Positions 41,154 through 51,123 are shown, numbered from the stretch's first letter. The stretch: 64,000 nucleotides of DNA from Ignavibacteriota bacterium (GCA_963787835.1 CAWBEI010000002.1:1824001-1888000), one strand, 5' to 3'. Translations and numbers: made by a program. The notes: a model not told the origin generated them from the sequence alone.

Positions 41154-43852
41154 CCGTGTGGGACCACTACGTCGAGCACGCGTCGCACGACGTGCAGATC
41201 CTCGCGACCACCGCCGTCGAGGCGGCCGGCGCGAGCGGCCTCGCGCACGTCGCGTTCCGGCTCGGCCTGTCGAGCCTGCTGATCGGCGCGGACGATGTCG
41301 CCGAGCTCGCGCTCGCCGCCGAGCGTGCGCTCGATGCGCTCGCAGATGGGCGCGCGCCCGGAGCTGCCGCGGCGATCGCGGCCGCGCTCGCGACCTTGCG
41401 CGACGCCGTCGTCCAGCTCGCGAACCCCGACAAGTCCGGCGCGCGCGTCGAGAACCTGCCGCTCGCCGAACGCCGCGCGTCGCTCGTGGCGATCGCGGGC
41501 GCGGTCACCGCCCCGGTCGATCATGCGCCGAGCGCCGCGCCGGTCGCGCACGCCGCCGCGATCGGCAGCGCGAGCGGCGGCGCCTTCGCGTGGACGCCGA
41601 CCGTCGACGACGACATGGTCGATCTGTTCTTCGACGAGGCCACCGAGCGCGTCGAGGCGCTCGCCGGGAAGTTGATCGACATCGAGCGCCGGCCCGACGA
41701 CATCGAGGTCCTCAAAGATGTCTTCCGCGATCTGCACACGGTCAAGGGCAGCTCGGCGATGGTCGGCCTCGCGCCGGTCAACTCGCTCGCGCACGCCGCC
41801 GAGGATCTCGTCGGTCAGATCCGCGACGCGGGGCGCGTCGTCGACGGCGCCGTGATCGACGCGCTGCTCGCGGCGCTCGATGGCCTGCGCGACATGCTCG
41901 CCCAAGCGCGCGCGCGCGCGCCGGTCACGTTCGATCCGAGCAGCGTGATCGCGCGGCTGCGCAACCCCGCGGCGGCGATCGTCGCGACGCCCGCGGCGGC
42001 GCCGGCCGCGCACGGTGATCACGCGGCATCCGCGTTGCCACCGGCGCCGCGGCCCTCGAGCTCGGCCGCCGCCGAGGCGCGACAGACCATCCGCGTCGAC
42101 TTCGACAAGCTCGATCACCTGCTCAACCTCGTCGGCGAGCTCGTGCTCGGCCGCGAAGATCTGCGCGGCGCGGTCACCGCGTTGACCTCGGTCACGAGCG
42201 AGCTCGCGGCCGATCGCGGCGTCGCGCGCAGGGTCGGCGCGGTGCGCGCGGCCTCCGGCGCGGCCCAGGCGCGCGGCCTCGACGTGCTCGGCGAGGAGAT
42301 CCATCGCGTCGAGCGCGTGCTCGCCGATGTCACGGGCGATCTCGATCGCGGCACCGATCGCCTCGACGCGATCTCCGACGAGCTGCGCCAGCAGGTCATG
42401 CGCCTGCGCATGGTCCCGGTCGGCGGTGTGTTCCGCAAGCACGTGCGCACCGTGCGCGATCTCGCGGCGACGCTCGGCAAGCGCGCGCGGCTCGAGCTCG
42501 TCGGCGACGACACCGAGCTCGACAAGCTGCTCGTGGAGGCGCTCGACGAGCCGCTCATGCACCTCGTGCGCAACGCGATCGATCACGGCCTCGAGTCGCC
42601 CGACGCGCGCGCCGCCGCGGGCAAGCCCGCCGAGGGCAGTATCCGGCTCGCCGCCGCGCATCGCGGCAACCAGGTCGAGATCCGCGTCAGCGACGACGGC
42701 CGCGGCCTCGATGCCAACAAGCTGCGCGCGAAAGCGGTCGAGCGCCGCATCTTGACCGCCGCCGAGGCCGAAGCGCTCGACGAGCGTGGCGCGCGCGAGC
42801 TGATCTTTCGCGCCGGGTTCTCTACCGCGGCGCAGGTCAGCGAAGTCTCGGGACGCGGCGTCGGCCTCGACGCGGTCCGCCAGACGATCGTGACCAAGCT
42901 CAAAGGCACGATCGAGATCGAATCCACCCCCGGCCAAGGCAGCGCATTCGTGCTCGAGCTCCCTCTCACGCTCGCCATCATCCAGGTCATCGTCGCGCGC
43001 GCGAGCGGCGAGACCTTCGCGATCCCGCTCGACGTCGTGCAGCGCGTGATCGCGATCGCGTCGACCGATGTCGCGCGCATCGGCGACCGCGAGGTCGTCG
43101 TCGTGCGCGGCACGCATGTCCCGCTGGTGCGGCTCGATCACACGCTCGGCCTCGCGCACGGCGGCGACGGCGCGGAGCTGCAGCTGATCCTGGTCGAGCA
43201 CGGCGCGCAGACGTACGCGCTCGCGTTCGACCAGCTGCTCGGCAAGCGCGAGATCGTGATCAAGTCGCTCGGCCCGCTGCTCGTCGGCGCGCGCTGCGTC
43301 GCGGGCGCGACCCTGCTCGGCGATCGCGTCGCGCTGATCCTGGATGTGCCCGCGATCGTGCGGCGCGCGTTGCAGCAGGGCGCCGCGCCGGCGCGCAGCG
43401 CGGTCGTGCCGCACCGAGAAGAGGAGGGCAAGGGCCGGGCGAGGGGCGCCGGCGCCGGCGTGACGGCGACGCACGTGCTGCTGGTCGAGGACAGCGACAT
43501 CATCCGCGAAGCGTTGCGCCGCTTGCTCGCCGATGCCGGCTACCTCGTGACGACCGCGGTGGATGGTCTGCACGGCCTCGAGATCGCGCGCACGCGCCGC
43601 TTCGACCTCGTGTCGACCGACGTCGTGATGCCGCGCATGGATGGTTACGAGCTGACGCGCGCGCTGCGCGCGACGCCGGAGTACGCCGACGTGCCGATCG
43701 TGATGGTCACGAGCAAGGGCGAGCGCATCGATCGCGTGCGCGGCTTCGACGCCGGCGTCGACGAGTACATCACCAAGCCGCACGATCGCCAGCTGCTGCT
43801 GCGCGCGGTGCGCAAGCTGCTCGGCCACGCGCACCCCGAGGATCCGGCGTGA
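41150..43852 (+). CDS. cheA: Hybrid CheA histidine kinase (extra N-terminal Hpt-like bundle, Hpt, HATPase, CheW, REC)
   Basis: FRDLHTVKGSS, TIRVD, HLVRNAIDHG, DDGRG, SGRGVGLD, LPLTLA, C-terminal VSTDVVMP...YITKP. Confidence 0.95.
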   Translation: MTVWDHYVEHASHDVQILATTAVEAAGASGLAHVAFRLGLSSLLIGADDVAELALAAERALDALADGRAPGAAAAIAAALATLRDAVVQLANPDKSGARVENLPLAERRASLVAIAGAVTAPVDHAPSAAPVAHAAAIGSASGGAFAWTPTVDDDMVDLFFDEATERVEALAGKLIDIERRPDDIEVLKDVFRDLHTVKGSSAMVGLAPVNSLAHAAEDLVGQIRDAGRVVDGAVIDALLAALDGLRDMLAQARARAPVTFDPSSVIARLRNPAAAIVATPAAAPAAHGDHAASALPPAPRPSSSAAAEARQTIRVDFDKLDHLLNLVGELVLGREDLRGAVTALTSVTSELAADRGVARRVGAVRAASGAAQARGLDVLGEEIHRVERVLADVTGDLDRGTDRLDAISDELRQQVMRLRMVPVGGVFRKHVRTVRDLAATLGKRARLELVGDDTELDKLLVEALDEPLMHLVRNAIDHGLESPDARAAAGKPAEGSIRLAAAHRGNQVEIRVSDDGRGLDANKLRAKAVERRILTAAEAEALDERGARELIFRAGFSTAAQVSEVSGRGVGLDAVRQTIVTKLKGTIEIESTPGQGSAFVLELPLTLAIIQVIVARASGETFAIPLDVVQRVIAIASTDVARIGDREVVVVRGTHVPLVRLDHTLGLAHGGDGAELQLILVEHGAQTYALAFDQLLGKREIVIKSLGPLLVGARCVAGATLLGDRVALILDVPAIVRRALQQGAAPARSAVVPHREEEGKGRARGAGAGVTATHVLLVEDSDIIREALRRLLADAGYLVTTAVDGLHGLEIARTRRFDLVSTDVVMPRMDGYELTRALRATPEYADVPIVMVTSKGERIDRVRGFDAGVDEYITKPHDRQLLLRAVRKLLGHAHPEDPA

Positions 43853-43896
43853 ACGTCGTCATCGTCCCCCTCGACGCCGAAGGCGGAGAACCATGA
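43849..43896 (+). other. 15-codon bridging mini-ORF made by duplication of the next gene's first codons
   Basis: GTG-AAC-GTC-GTC-ATC-GTC...CCA-TGA overlaps the cheA stop and the cyclase ATG; 17-bp direct repeat TGAACGTCGTCATCGTC. Confidence 0.5.
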
Positions 43897-45656
43897 ACGT
43901 CGTCATCGTCTCCGACGAGCCGGTCCTCGCCGAGCTCGCGCGCCGGCCGCTCGAGCCGCTCGGTCACGCCGTCGTCGCGTTGAGCTCGGCCGCCGAGCTC
44001 GAAGCGCGTCTCGCCGAGCTCGCGCCGCGCGCCGCGTTGCTCGCGCGCCGGTTGCCCGATCGCAGCTTGCGCGACGCGATCGCGATCCTGCGCCGCTACG
44101 AGATGGAGCCGATCGCCGCGATCGTCGTCGGCACGGCCGCGGATCGCGCGCTCGCTCGCGCGGTCGCCGCCGATGGCTTCTTGCAGGTGCCGTTCTCCGA
44201 TGCCGAGGTGCTCGACATCGTCGGCGCGACCACGCGCGCGCGCCGCCTCGTGTTGCTCGCCGACGACTCGCCGATGATCCACCGCTACACCGTGCCGATC
44301 CTCGAAGACGATGGCTTCGACGTGATCTCCGCGCACGACGGCGCCGAGGCGATCGCGCTCGCGCGCCAGCACTCGCCCGATCTCGTGATCACCGATGTCG
44401 AGATGCCGAAGCTCGATGGCTACGGCGTGTGCAAGGCGATCAAGGGCGATCCGGCCACCGCGCACGTGCCGGTGATGATCTGCAGCTCGCTCGGCGAGGC
44501 GACCGACCTCGAGCGCGGCTTCGACGCGGGCGCCGATGACTATCTGGTCAAGCCGGTGTTGCCCGAAGAGCTGTCGACGCGCGTGCGCGCGCTCGTGCAG
44601 GGCTCGTTGCCCGCGTCGCGCGAGAAGGTCCTGGTCGTCGATGACTCGCCCGCGCAGCGCCACTACGTCGCGGACTGTCTCGCGCGCCAGGGCTTCGAGG
44701 TCGCGACCGCCGAGGACGGCAAGCAGGCGCTCGCGAAGGCGCAGGCGTGGCGGCCGGCGCTCGTCGTGTCGGACTACGAGATGCCGGTGATGACCGGCTT
44801 CGAGCTCGTGCACGCGCTGCGCAAGGATCGCGAGCTGCGCCAGATCCCCGTGATCATGCTGACCGCGCGCGACAGCAAGCGCGACATGGCGCAGATGCGC
44901 GCGGCGGGCGCGACCGGCTACCTCGTGAAGCCGTTCTCGCAGGACAAGTGCGTCGCGATGGTCGAGCGCACGCTCGCCGAGCGCCGGTTGCTCGCGTACA
45001 AGGAGGCGTCGGCGCTGTTCATCTCGGCGGGCGCACGCGCCGCGGCCGAAGAGCGCGCGTCGACCGGCGATGCGCTCGCGGTGCGCGCCGACGAACGCAC
45101 GCTGTCGGTGATGTTCTCCGATCTCGTCGGCTTCACGCCGATGTCCGCGACGCTCACGCCGTATCAATTGATCGCGCTGCTCAACGACTACTTCGACGTG
45201 ATGTGCCCGATCGTCAAGCAGTACGGCGGCGACATCGACAAGTTCATCGGCGACGCGATCATGGCGATCTTCGACGAGGTGCGCGGCCAAGCTCCCGCGC
45301 CCGAGCGCGCGGTTCGCGCCGGCCTCGCGATGCAGCGCGCGATGGCGAGCTTCAACGACAACCGCACGATCAAGCTCGCGATGCGCATCGGCATCAACAC
45401 CGGCCCGGTGATCCGCGGCGATCTCGGCTCGCGCGTCGTGCGCCGCGACTACACCGTCATCGGCGATACCGTCAATCAAGCGAACCGCTACGAGGCCAAG
45501 TGTCCGGTCGGCGGCGTGCTCGTGTCGCGCAGCACGCGCGAGGCCCTCGGGACACGCGCGCGCGCGACCGCGATGGAGGGGTTGCAGCTCAAGGGCGTCA
45601 ACGTACCGGTCACCGGCTACGTCATCGACGGCCTCGCCGAGGAGGTGCAAGCGTGA
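43893..45656 (+). CDS. Pseudo-REC + REC + REC + class III adenylate cyclase
   Basis: Two canonical receivers (ITDVEMP, VSDYEMP); cyclase motifs MFSDLVGFT, IDKFIGDAIM, RIGINTG, DYTVIGDTVNQANRYE. Confidence 0.9.
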   Translation: MNVVIVSDEPVLAELARRPLEPLGHAVVALSSAAELEARLAELAPRAALLARRLPDRSLRDAIAILRRYEMEPIAAIVVGTAADRALARAVAADGFLQVPFSDAEVLDIVGATTRARRLVLLADDSPMIHRYTVPILEDDGFDVISAHDGAEAIALARQHSPDLVITDVEMPKLDGYGVCKAIKGDPATAHVPVMICSSLGEATDLERGFDAGADDYLVKPVLPEELSTRVRALVQGSLPASREKVLVVDDSPAQRHYVADCLARQGFEVATAEDGKQALAKAQAWRPALVVSDYEMPVMTGFELVHALRKDRELRQIPVIMLTARDSKRDMAQMRAAGATGYLVKPFSQDKCVAMVERTLAERRLLAYKEASALFISAGARAAAEERASTGDALAVRADERTLSVMFSDLVGFTPMSATLTPYQLIALLNDYFDVMCPIVKQYGGDIDKFIGDAIMAIFDEVRGQAPAPERAVRAGLAMQRAMASFNDNRTIKLAMRIGINTGPVIRGDLGSRVVRRDYTVIGDTVNQANRYEAKCPVGGVLVSRSTREALGTRARATAMEGLQLKGVNVPVTGYVIDGLAEEVQA

Positions 45657-46744
45657 CCACCATGCAACCCGGCGCGGTGAAGCGCATCCGCGTGCTCATC
45701 GTCGACGACTCGCTGTTCATGCGCGCGGCGATCGCGAAGACGCTCGCGGCCGGGCCGTTCGACGTCGTCGGTCAGGCGAAGGATGGCAAGGGCGCGCTCG
45801 AGCTCGTCGGCAAGCTGTTGCCCGACGTGATCACCATGGACTTCAACATGCCCGGCATGAACGGCGCCGAGACCGTGCGCGCGCTGATGCAGCTACATCC
45901 GACGCCGGTCGTGATGTTCTCCGCGCACACGACGCAGGGCGCGCGCGAGACGTTCGACGCGCTCGCGGCGGGCGCGGTCGAGTTCGTCGCGAAGCCGTCG
46001 GGCGAGGTGTCGGTCGATCTATCGAAGATCGCGGAGGAGCTCGTGCGCAAGGTGATCGCGGCGGCGAGCGCGAAGCCGCGCGCGGCGAAGCCGTTGCCGT
46101 CGGCGAGCGCGTCGACCTCGATGACGCGGTCGAGCTCGCCCGGCTTCGCGATCCCGGTCCCGATCTCGCGCACGACCTTGTCCGGCGGCTTGCCGAGGCT
46201 CGCGGTGATCGCGGTGTCGACCGGCGGTCCGGCCGCGCTGTCGGAGGTCATCCCCGCGCTGCCGAAAGATCTGCGCTGCGCGATGATCGTCGTGCAGCAC
46301 ATGCCCGCGCACTTCACGAGCGCGCTGGCCGAGCGGCTCGACGCCGCGAGCGCGGTGCGCGTGCGCGAGGCCGCCGACGGCGATCGCCCGATGCCGGGCG
46401 TCGTGCTGATCGCGCCCGGCGATCGCCACCTCGAGCTCGACGAGCGCGGCCTCGTGATGCTGAGCGACGGTCCGCTCGTCAACGGCTGCCGTCCCGCGGC
46501 CGACGTCACGATGATCTCCGCGGCTGCGATCTACGGCCGCCGCGCCGCGGGCGTCGTCATGACCGGGATGGGCAAGGACGGCGCCGCCGGCGCGCTCGCG
46601 ATCAAGCACGTCGAGGGCCGCACCGCCGCGCAGGACGCGGCGACCAGCGTGATCTACGGCATGCCGAAAGCCGCGCTCGACGCGGGCGCGATCGACGATG
46701 TCGTCGCGCTCGGCGATCTGCCGGGCTGGTTGAAGTCGATCTGA
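45653..46744 (+). CDS. cheB: CheB methylesterase (REC + esterase)
   Basis: VLIVDDS, ITMDFNMP, VSTGGP, VQHMP, MTGMGKDG, IYGMP. Confidence 0.95.
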   Translation: MTTMQPGAVKRIRVLIVDDSLFMRAAIAKTLAAGPFDVVGQAKDGKGALELVGKLLPDVITMDFNMPGMNGAETVRALMQLHPTPVVMFSAHTTQGARETFDALAAGAVEFVAKPSGEVSVDLSKIAEELVRKVIAAASAKPRAAKPLPSASASTSMTRSSSPGFAIPVPISRTTLSGGLPRLAVIAVSTGGPAALSEVIPALPKDLRCAMIVVQHMPAHFTSALAERLDAASAVRVREAADGDRPMPGVVLIAPGDRHLELDERGLVMLSDGPLVNGCRPAADVTMISAAAIYGRRAAGVVMTGMGKDGAAGALAIKHVEGRTAAQDAATSVIYGMPKAALDAGAIDDVVALGDLPGWLKSI

Positions 46745-46776
46745 TCCAGGCGCGGGAAACGCGCTACGCTCGAGAC

Positions 46777-47958
46777 ATGCGCCGTGCGCTGTTGCTCCTC
46801 GTCGCCACGCTGTCGGCTTGCGGCCGGAGCGCGCCGCCGGATGACACCGTCTACGTCACGATCGGCGCCGACGCGGCCGCCGCGGCGACCGCGCTGACCG
46901 GCGCGCACGCCGCGCTGGTGGAGCGCGATGGCGAGGTCGCGCTGCTCGAGCTCGATGCGTCGCGGCTCGGCGCGCTGTCCGAGCTGATGCACGATCGCTT
47001 CGCGCGCTGCGGCGGCTTCGTGCTGCACGACTCGCTCGACGACGCGCGGGCGGCGCTCCACGTCGCGGCCACGCCGCGGCCGACGCCGGACTACACGCTC
47101 GATCGCGGCGAGCTCGTGCGCGCGGTGTTGCCGCAGCTCGATGCGTCGCGCATCCGCGACACGATCGTCGAGCTGTCGGCGATGAAGAATCGCTACTACG
47201 AGTCGCCGTCGGGCGCGGCCGCGTCGACCTGGCTCGCCGCGCGCTGGCGCGCGCTGGCGACCCGCGCCGATGTCACGATCGAGCTCGTCGATCACGGCTG
47301 GGCGCAGAAATCGGTCGTGATGACCATCCCCGGCACCACGCGCGCGAACGAGGTCGTCGTGATCGGCGGCCACCTCGACTCGATCGCGATCGGCGGCGTC
47401 GCGAGCGTCGCGCCCGGCGCGGACGACGACGCCTCGGGCATCGCCACGCTGACCGAGGTCGCGCGCGTCGTGCTCGCGAGCGATGTCCGGCCGGAGCGCA
47501 CGATCAAGTTCATGGCCTACGCGGCCGAAGAGGTCGGCCTGCGCGGCTCGCAGGCGATCGTGCGCGATTATCAGAAGCGGCAGATCGACGTCGTCGGCGC
47601 GCTGCAGCTCGACATGACGAACTACCAGGGCTCCGAGAAAGACATCTGGCTGATGAAGGACTTCACCAGCGCCGCGCAGAACGCGTTCTTGATCCAGCTG
47701 ATCGACACGTACGTCGGCGCGACCTGGGGCCAGGACGCGTGCGGCTACGGCTGCTCGGATCACGCGTCGTGGTATCGCGCCGGCGTGCCGGCTTCGATGC
47801 CGTTCGAGTCGCGGTTCCGCGATCACAACAAGCGCATTCACTCGCGCAACGACACCCTCGAGGCGAGCGACACCAACGCCGCGCACGCGCTCAAGTTCGC
47901 GCGGCTGGCGGCGGCGTACGCGATCGAGCTCGGCAAGGCCGACGCTCCCGAGATCTGA
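46777..47958 (+). CDS. M28 leucyl aminopeptidase (lipoprotein)
   Basis: Lipobox LSAC; GGHLDS, PGADDDASG, AAEEVGLRGS, QLDMTNY, CSDHASW. Confidence 0.92.
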   Translation: MRRALLLLVATLSACGRSAPPDDTVYVTIGADAAAAATALTGAHAALVERDGEVALLELDASRLGALSELMHDRFARCGGFVLHDSLDDARAALHVAATPRPTPDYTLDRGELVRAVLPQLDASRIRDTIVELSAMKNRYYESPSGAAASTWLAARWRALATRADVTIELVDHGWAQKSVVMTIPGTTRANEVVVIGGHLDSIAIGGVASVAPGADDDASGIATLTEVARVVLASDVRPERTIKFMAYAAEEVGLRGSQAIVRDYQKRQIDVVGALQLDMTNYQGSEKDIWLMKDFTSAAQNAFLIQLIDTYVGATWGQDACGYGCSDHASWYRAGVPASMPFESRFRDHNKRIHSRNDTLEASDTNAAHALKFARLAAAYAIELGKADAPEI

Positions 47959-48006
47959 GCGCGTCGCGGTATAGATCGATGCGCTCGCCGCTGCGTAGGA
48001 TGCAGC

Positions 48007-48351
48007 GTGACCACCTCGCCGCTTCTCCGACTCGCCGCGATCCTTGCCGTGTCCGCGTGCGCCTCGACGCCGTCGCCGACCGCGTCCGCCCCGCCAGCCT
48101 CGAGCGCGCCCGCCCCGAGCAGCGCGCCGGCCGCCGCGCCCGAGCCCGGCGGCCCCGAGGTCCCCGACATGGCCGCGTTCCAGGCGTTCATCGCCAAGCA
48201 CCCGACGATGGCCGCGTTCCACGCCGCGTATCCCAAGGTCCAGCTCGTCGAGCCGGGCATGATCACGACCGACGAGATGCGCGCGTGTTGCGGCCGCTAC
48301 TTCGCGACCTACGACGACAAGGGCAACATCACCGGCGGTTCGTTCCACTGA
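48007..48351 (+). CDS. Hypothetical lipoprotein
   Basis: Lipobox VSAC, Pro/Ala linker, small globular C-terminal domain. Confidence 0.6.
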   Translation: MTTSPLLRLAAILAVSACASTPSPTASAPPASSAPAPSSAPAAAPEPGGPEVPDMAAFQAFIAKHPTMAAFHAAYPKVQLVEPGMITTDEMRACCGRYFATYDDKGNITGGSFH

Positions 48352-48364
48352 TACGCTCGCGCGC

Positions 48365-49606
48365 ATGACGACGTTCGTCCTCGGCGGCGCGCACAGCGAC
48401 TTCGCGCGGCACCTCGCGCGCGAAGGTCACGAGCTCGCGGATCTCACCGGCGAGCTGGTCGACGCGGCGCTCGCCGATGCCGCGATCGACGCGCACGACG
48501 TCGGCACGATCCACGTCGGCAACGCGTTCGGCGAGATGTTCACCGGCCAAGGCCACCTCGGCGCGATGCCGGCGACCGTACGGCCGGCGCTGTGGGGCGT
48601 GCCCGCCGCGCGCCACGAAGGCGCGTGTGCATCCGGCTCGGTCGCGATCCTCGCCGCCGCCGCCGAGCTCGAAGCCGGGCGCTACGATTGCGCGCTCGTG
48701 CTCGGCGTCGAGCAGGAGCGCAACGTGAGCAGCGCGGTGTGCGCGCAGCACCTCGCGGGCGCGGCGTGGGTCGGGCACGAAGGCGCCGAGGCCGACGCCG
48801 CGACGTATCTGTGGCCGCATCAGTTCGCGCGCGTCGGTGCGCTGTACGCGGAGACGTACGGCCTCGATCGCCGTCATCTGCGCGCGCTCTCCGCACAGGC
48901 GTTCGCCCACGCGCGCGGCAATCCGCTCGCGCAGACGCGCAGCTGGACCGTGGATGCCACCACGCTCGGCGACGACGACGCGACGAACGCGGTCGTCGAG
49001 CGCGCGGGAGGCTTCGCGCTGCGGCGCAGCGATTGCGCGCAGGTCACCGATGGCGGCGCCGCGATCGTGCTCGCGTCGGCGCGGTTCGCCGAGCGCTGGG
49101 CCGCGCGCCGCGGGCGCACGCTCGTTGACGTGCCGCGGCTGCTCGGCTGGGGCCATCGCACCGTCGGGTTGTCGCTCGACAGCAAGCTCGCGCGCCGCGC
49201 ACCGGGCGAGCTGCTGTTCCCGCACATCGCCGATGCGATGGCCGACGCACGCCGCCGCGCGGACGTCGCGCGCGAGGCGATCGACGGCTACGAAGTGCAC
49301 GATTGCTTCACGACGACCGCGTACATGGCGATCGATCACCTCGGCCTGACCGCGCCCGGCCGCGCGTGGGAGGCGATCGAGGACGGTCGCCTCGCGCGCA
49401 CCGGCGCGTCGCCGCTCAACCCGAGCGGCGGGCTCGTCGGCGTCGGTCATCCGGTCGGCGCGACCGGCGTGCGCATGGTCCACGATGCCGCGCGCCAGGT
49501 CAGCGGCCGCGCGGGCGCCTGCCAGGTCGAGGGCGCGCGCCGGTTCGCCACGCTGAACCTCGGCGGTAGCGCGTCCACCGTCGTCGCCTTCGTCGTGGGC
49601 ATCTAG
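48365..49606 (+). CDS. SCP2-type thiolase / acetyl-CoA acyltransferase
   Basis: EGACASGS, VTDGGAA, EVHDCF, NPSGG, GHPVGATG. Confidence 0.9.
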   Translation: MTTFVLGGAHSDFARHLAREGHELADLTGELVDAALADAAIDAHDVGTIHVGNAFGEMFTGQGHLGAMPATVRPALWGVPAARHEGACASGSVAILAAAAELEAGRYDCALVLGVEQERNVSSAVCAQHLAGAAWVGHEGAEADAATYLWPHQFARVGALYAETYGLDRRHLRALSAQAFAHARGNPLAQTRSWTVDATTLGDDDATNAVVERAGGFALRRSDCAQVTDGGAAIVLASARFAERWAARRGRTLVDVPRLLGWGHRTVGLSLDSKLARRAPGELLFPHIADAMADARRRADVAREAIDGYEVHDCFTTTAYMAIDHLGLTAPGRAWEAIEDGRLARTGASPLNPSGGLVGVGHPVGATGVRMVHDAARQVSGRAGACQVEGARRFATLNLGGSASTVVAFVVGI

Positions 49607-49653
49607 CGCACGCGTTCGTCCGGGCCGCCGAGATCGCGCGTACGCTTGTCGTC

Positions 49654-51123
49654 ATGATCGTCCGCGAGATCAGCCGCATCGCGAATCGCTTGCCGCAGCC
49701 CGACGATCATCCGTATCGCACCGGCGCATGGCAGCCGCAATTCGTCGAGTACGACGCCGATGACTGCGACGTGATCGAGGGCGCGATCCCCGCGGAGCTC
49801 GATGGCGTGTACCTGCGCAACACGGAGAACCCGGTGATGCCGGCGCTCGGTCGCTATCACCCGTTCGACGGCGACGGCATGGTGCACGCGATCCGGTTCG
49901 TGCGCGGTCGCGCGTCGTATCGCAATCGCTTCGTGCGCACGGTCGGCCTCGCCGCCGAGCTCGAGGCGGGCGAGCCGCTGTGGGCGGGCATCGTCGAGTC
50001 GCCGAGCAAGTCGACGCGCGATGGCTGGGGCGCGCGCGGCCGCATGAAGGACGCGTCGTCCACCGACGTCCTCGTGCACGCGGGCCGCGCGCTGACGACG
50101 TTCTATCAATGCGGCGATGTCTACCAGATGGATCCGGTGTCGCTCGCGCAACACGGGCCGGCGCCGTGGTCGCGCGCGTCCGCGATCCCGTCCGGCGTGT
50201 CCGCGCATCCCAAGCTCGATCCCGCGACCGGCGAGCTGCTGTATTTCGGCTACGGCACCGACGCGCCATACCTGACCTTCGGCGTGCTCGACGCGCGCGG
50301 CACGTCGATCCTGCAGCAGCCGGTGCCGCTGCCCGGCCCGCGCTTGCCGCACGACATGGCGTTCACCGAGCACCACGCGATCCTGAACGACATGCCGCTG
50401 TTCTGGGATCCCGACCTGCTCGCGAAGGGCGTGTATCGCCCGCGCTGGCATCCCGAGATGCCGACGCGGTTCGCGATCGTGCCCCGGCGCGGCGGCGAGC
50501 CGCGCTGGTTCGAGGCATCGGCGACCTACGTGCTGCACTGGATCAACGCGTACGAGGACGGCGACGAGATCGTGCTCGACGGTTATCACCAGGCCGATCC
50601 GCTGCCGCGTCCGGATCCCGCGGACGGCGCGTACGCCGGCATCAAGCGCATGCTCGACATCCACGCGATGGTCGCGACGCCGCATCGCTGGCGCTTCGAT
50701 CTGCGCACCGGCGCGACCCGCGAGGAGCGCCTGTACGAGGACATCAGCGAGTTTCCGTCGATCCACTACGCCAAGCCGGGGCGCAAGCATCGCTACGTGT
50801 GGTCGATGACCTCGCCGCGCGGCTGGTTCCTGTTCGACGGCATCGTGCGCTACGACCTCGAGACCGGCGCCGAGCAGCGCTGGACGTATCCCGAGGGCGT
50901 GTACGCGAGCGAAGCGCCGATGGCGCCGCGACCCGGCGGCGGGGGCGCCGAAGACGACGGTTGGCTCGTGACGTTCGTCAGCGACATCGCGCGCGATCGC
51001 AGCGAGTGCCACGTCTTCGATGCCGCGCGGGTCGCCGACGGGCCGATCGCGCGCGTCGCGTTGCCGGCGCGGATGTCGTCGGGCACGCACGCGTGCTGGG
51101 CACCGGCGACCGCGCTGGGGTGA
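49654..51123 (+). CDS. Carotenoid oxygenase-family dioxygenase (RPE65/lignostilbene dioxygenase-like)
   Basis: YHPFDGDGMVH, SAHPKLDP, LPHDMAFT, VLHWINAYE, EFP, EDDGWL, GTHACW. Confidence 0.92.
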   Translation: MIVREISRIANRLPQPDDHPYRTGAWQPQFVEYDADDCDVIEGAIPAELDGVYLRNTENPVMPALGRYHPFDGDGMVHAIRFVRGRASYRNRFVRTVGLAAELEAGEPLWAGIVESPSKSTRDGWGARGRMKDASSTDVLVHAGRALTTFYQCGDVYQMDPVSLAQHGPAPWSRASAIPSGVSAHPKLDPATGELLYFGYGTDAPYLTFGVLDARGTSILQQPVPLPGPRLPHDMAFTEHHAILNDMPLFWDPDLLAKGVYRPRWHPEMPTRFAIVPRRGGEPRWFEASATYVLHWINAYEDGDEIVLDGYHQADPLPRPDPADGAYAGIKRMLDIHAMVATPHRWRFDLRTGATREERLYEDISEFPSIHYAKPGRKHRYVWSMTSPRGWFLFDGIVRYDLETGAEQRWTYPEGVYASEAPMAPRPGGGGAEDDGWLVTFVSDIARDRSECHVFDAARVADGPIARVALPARMSSGTHACWAPATALG

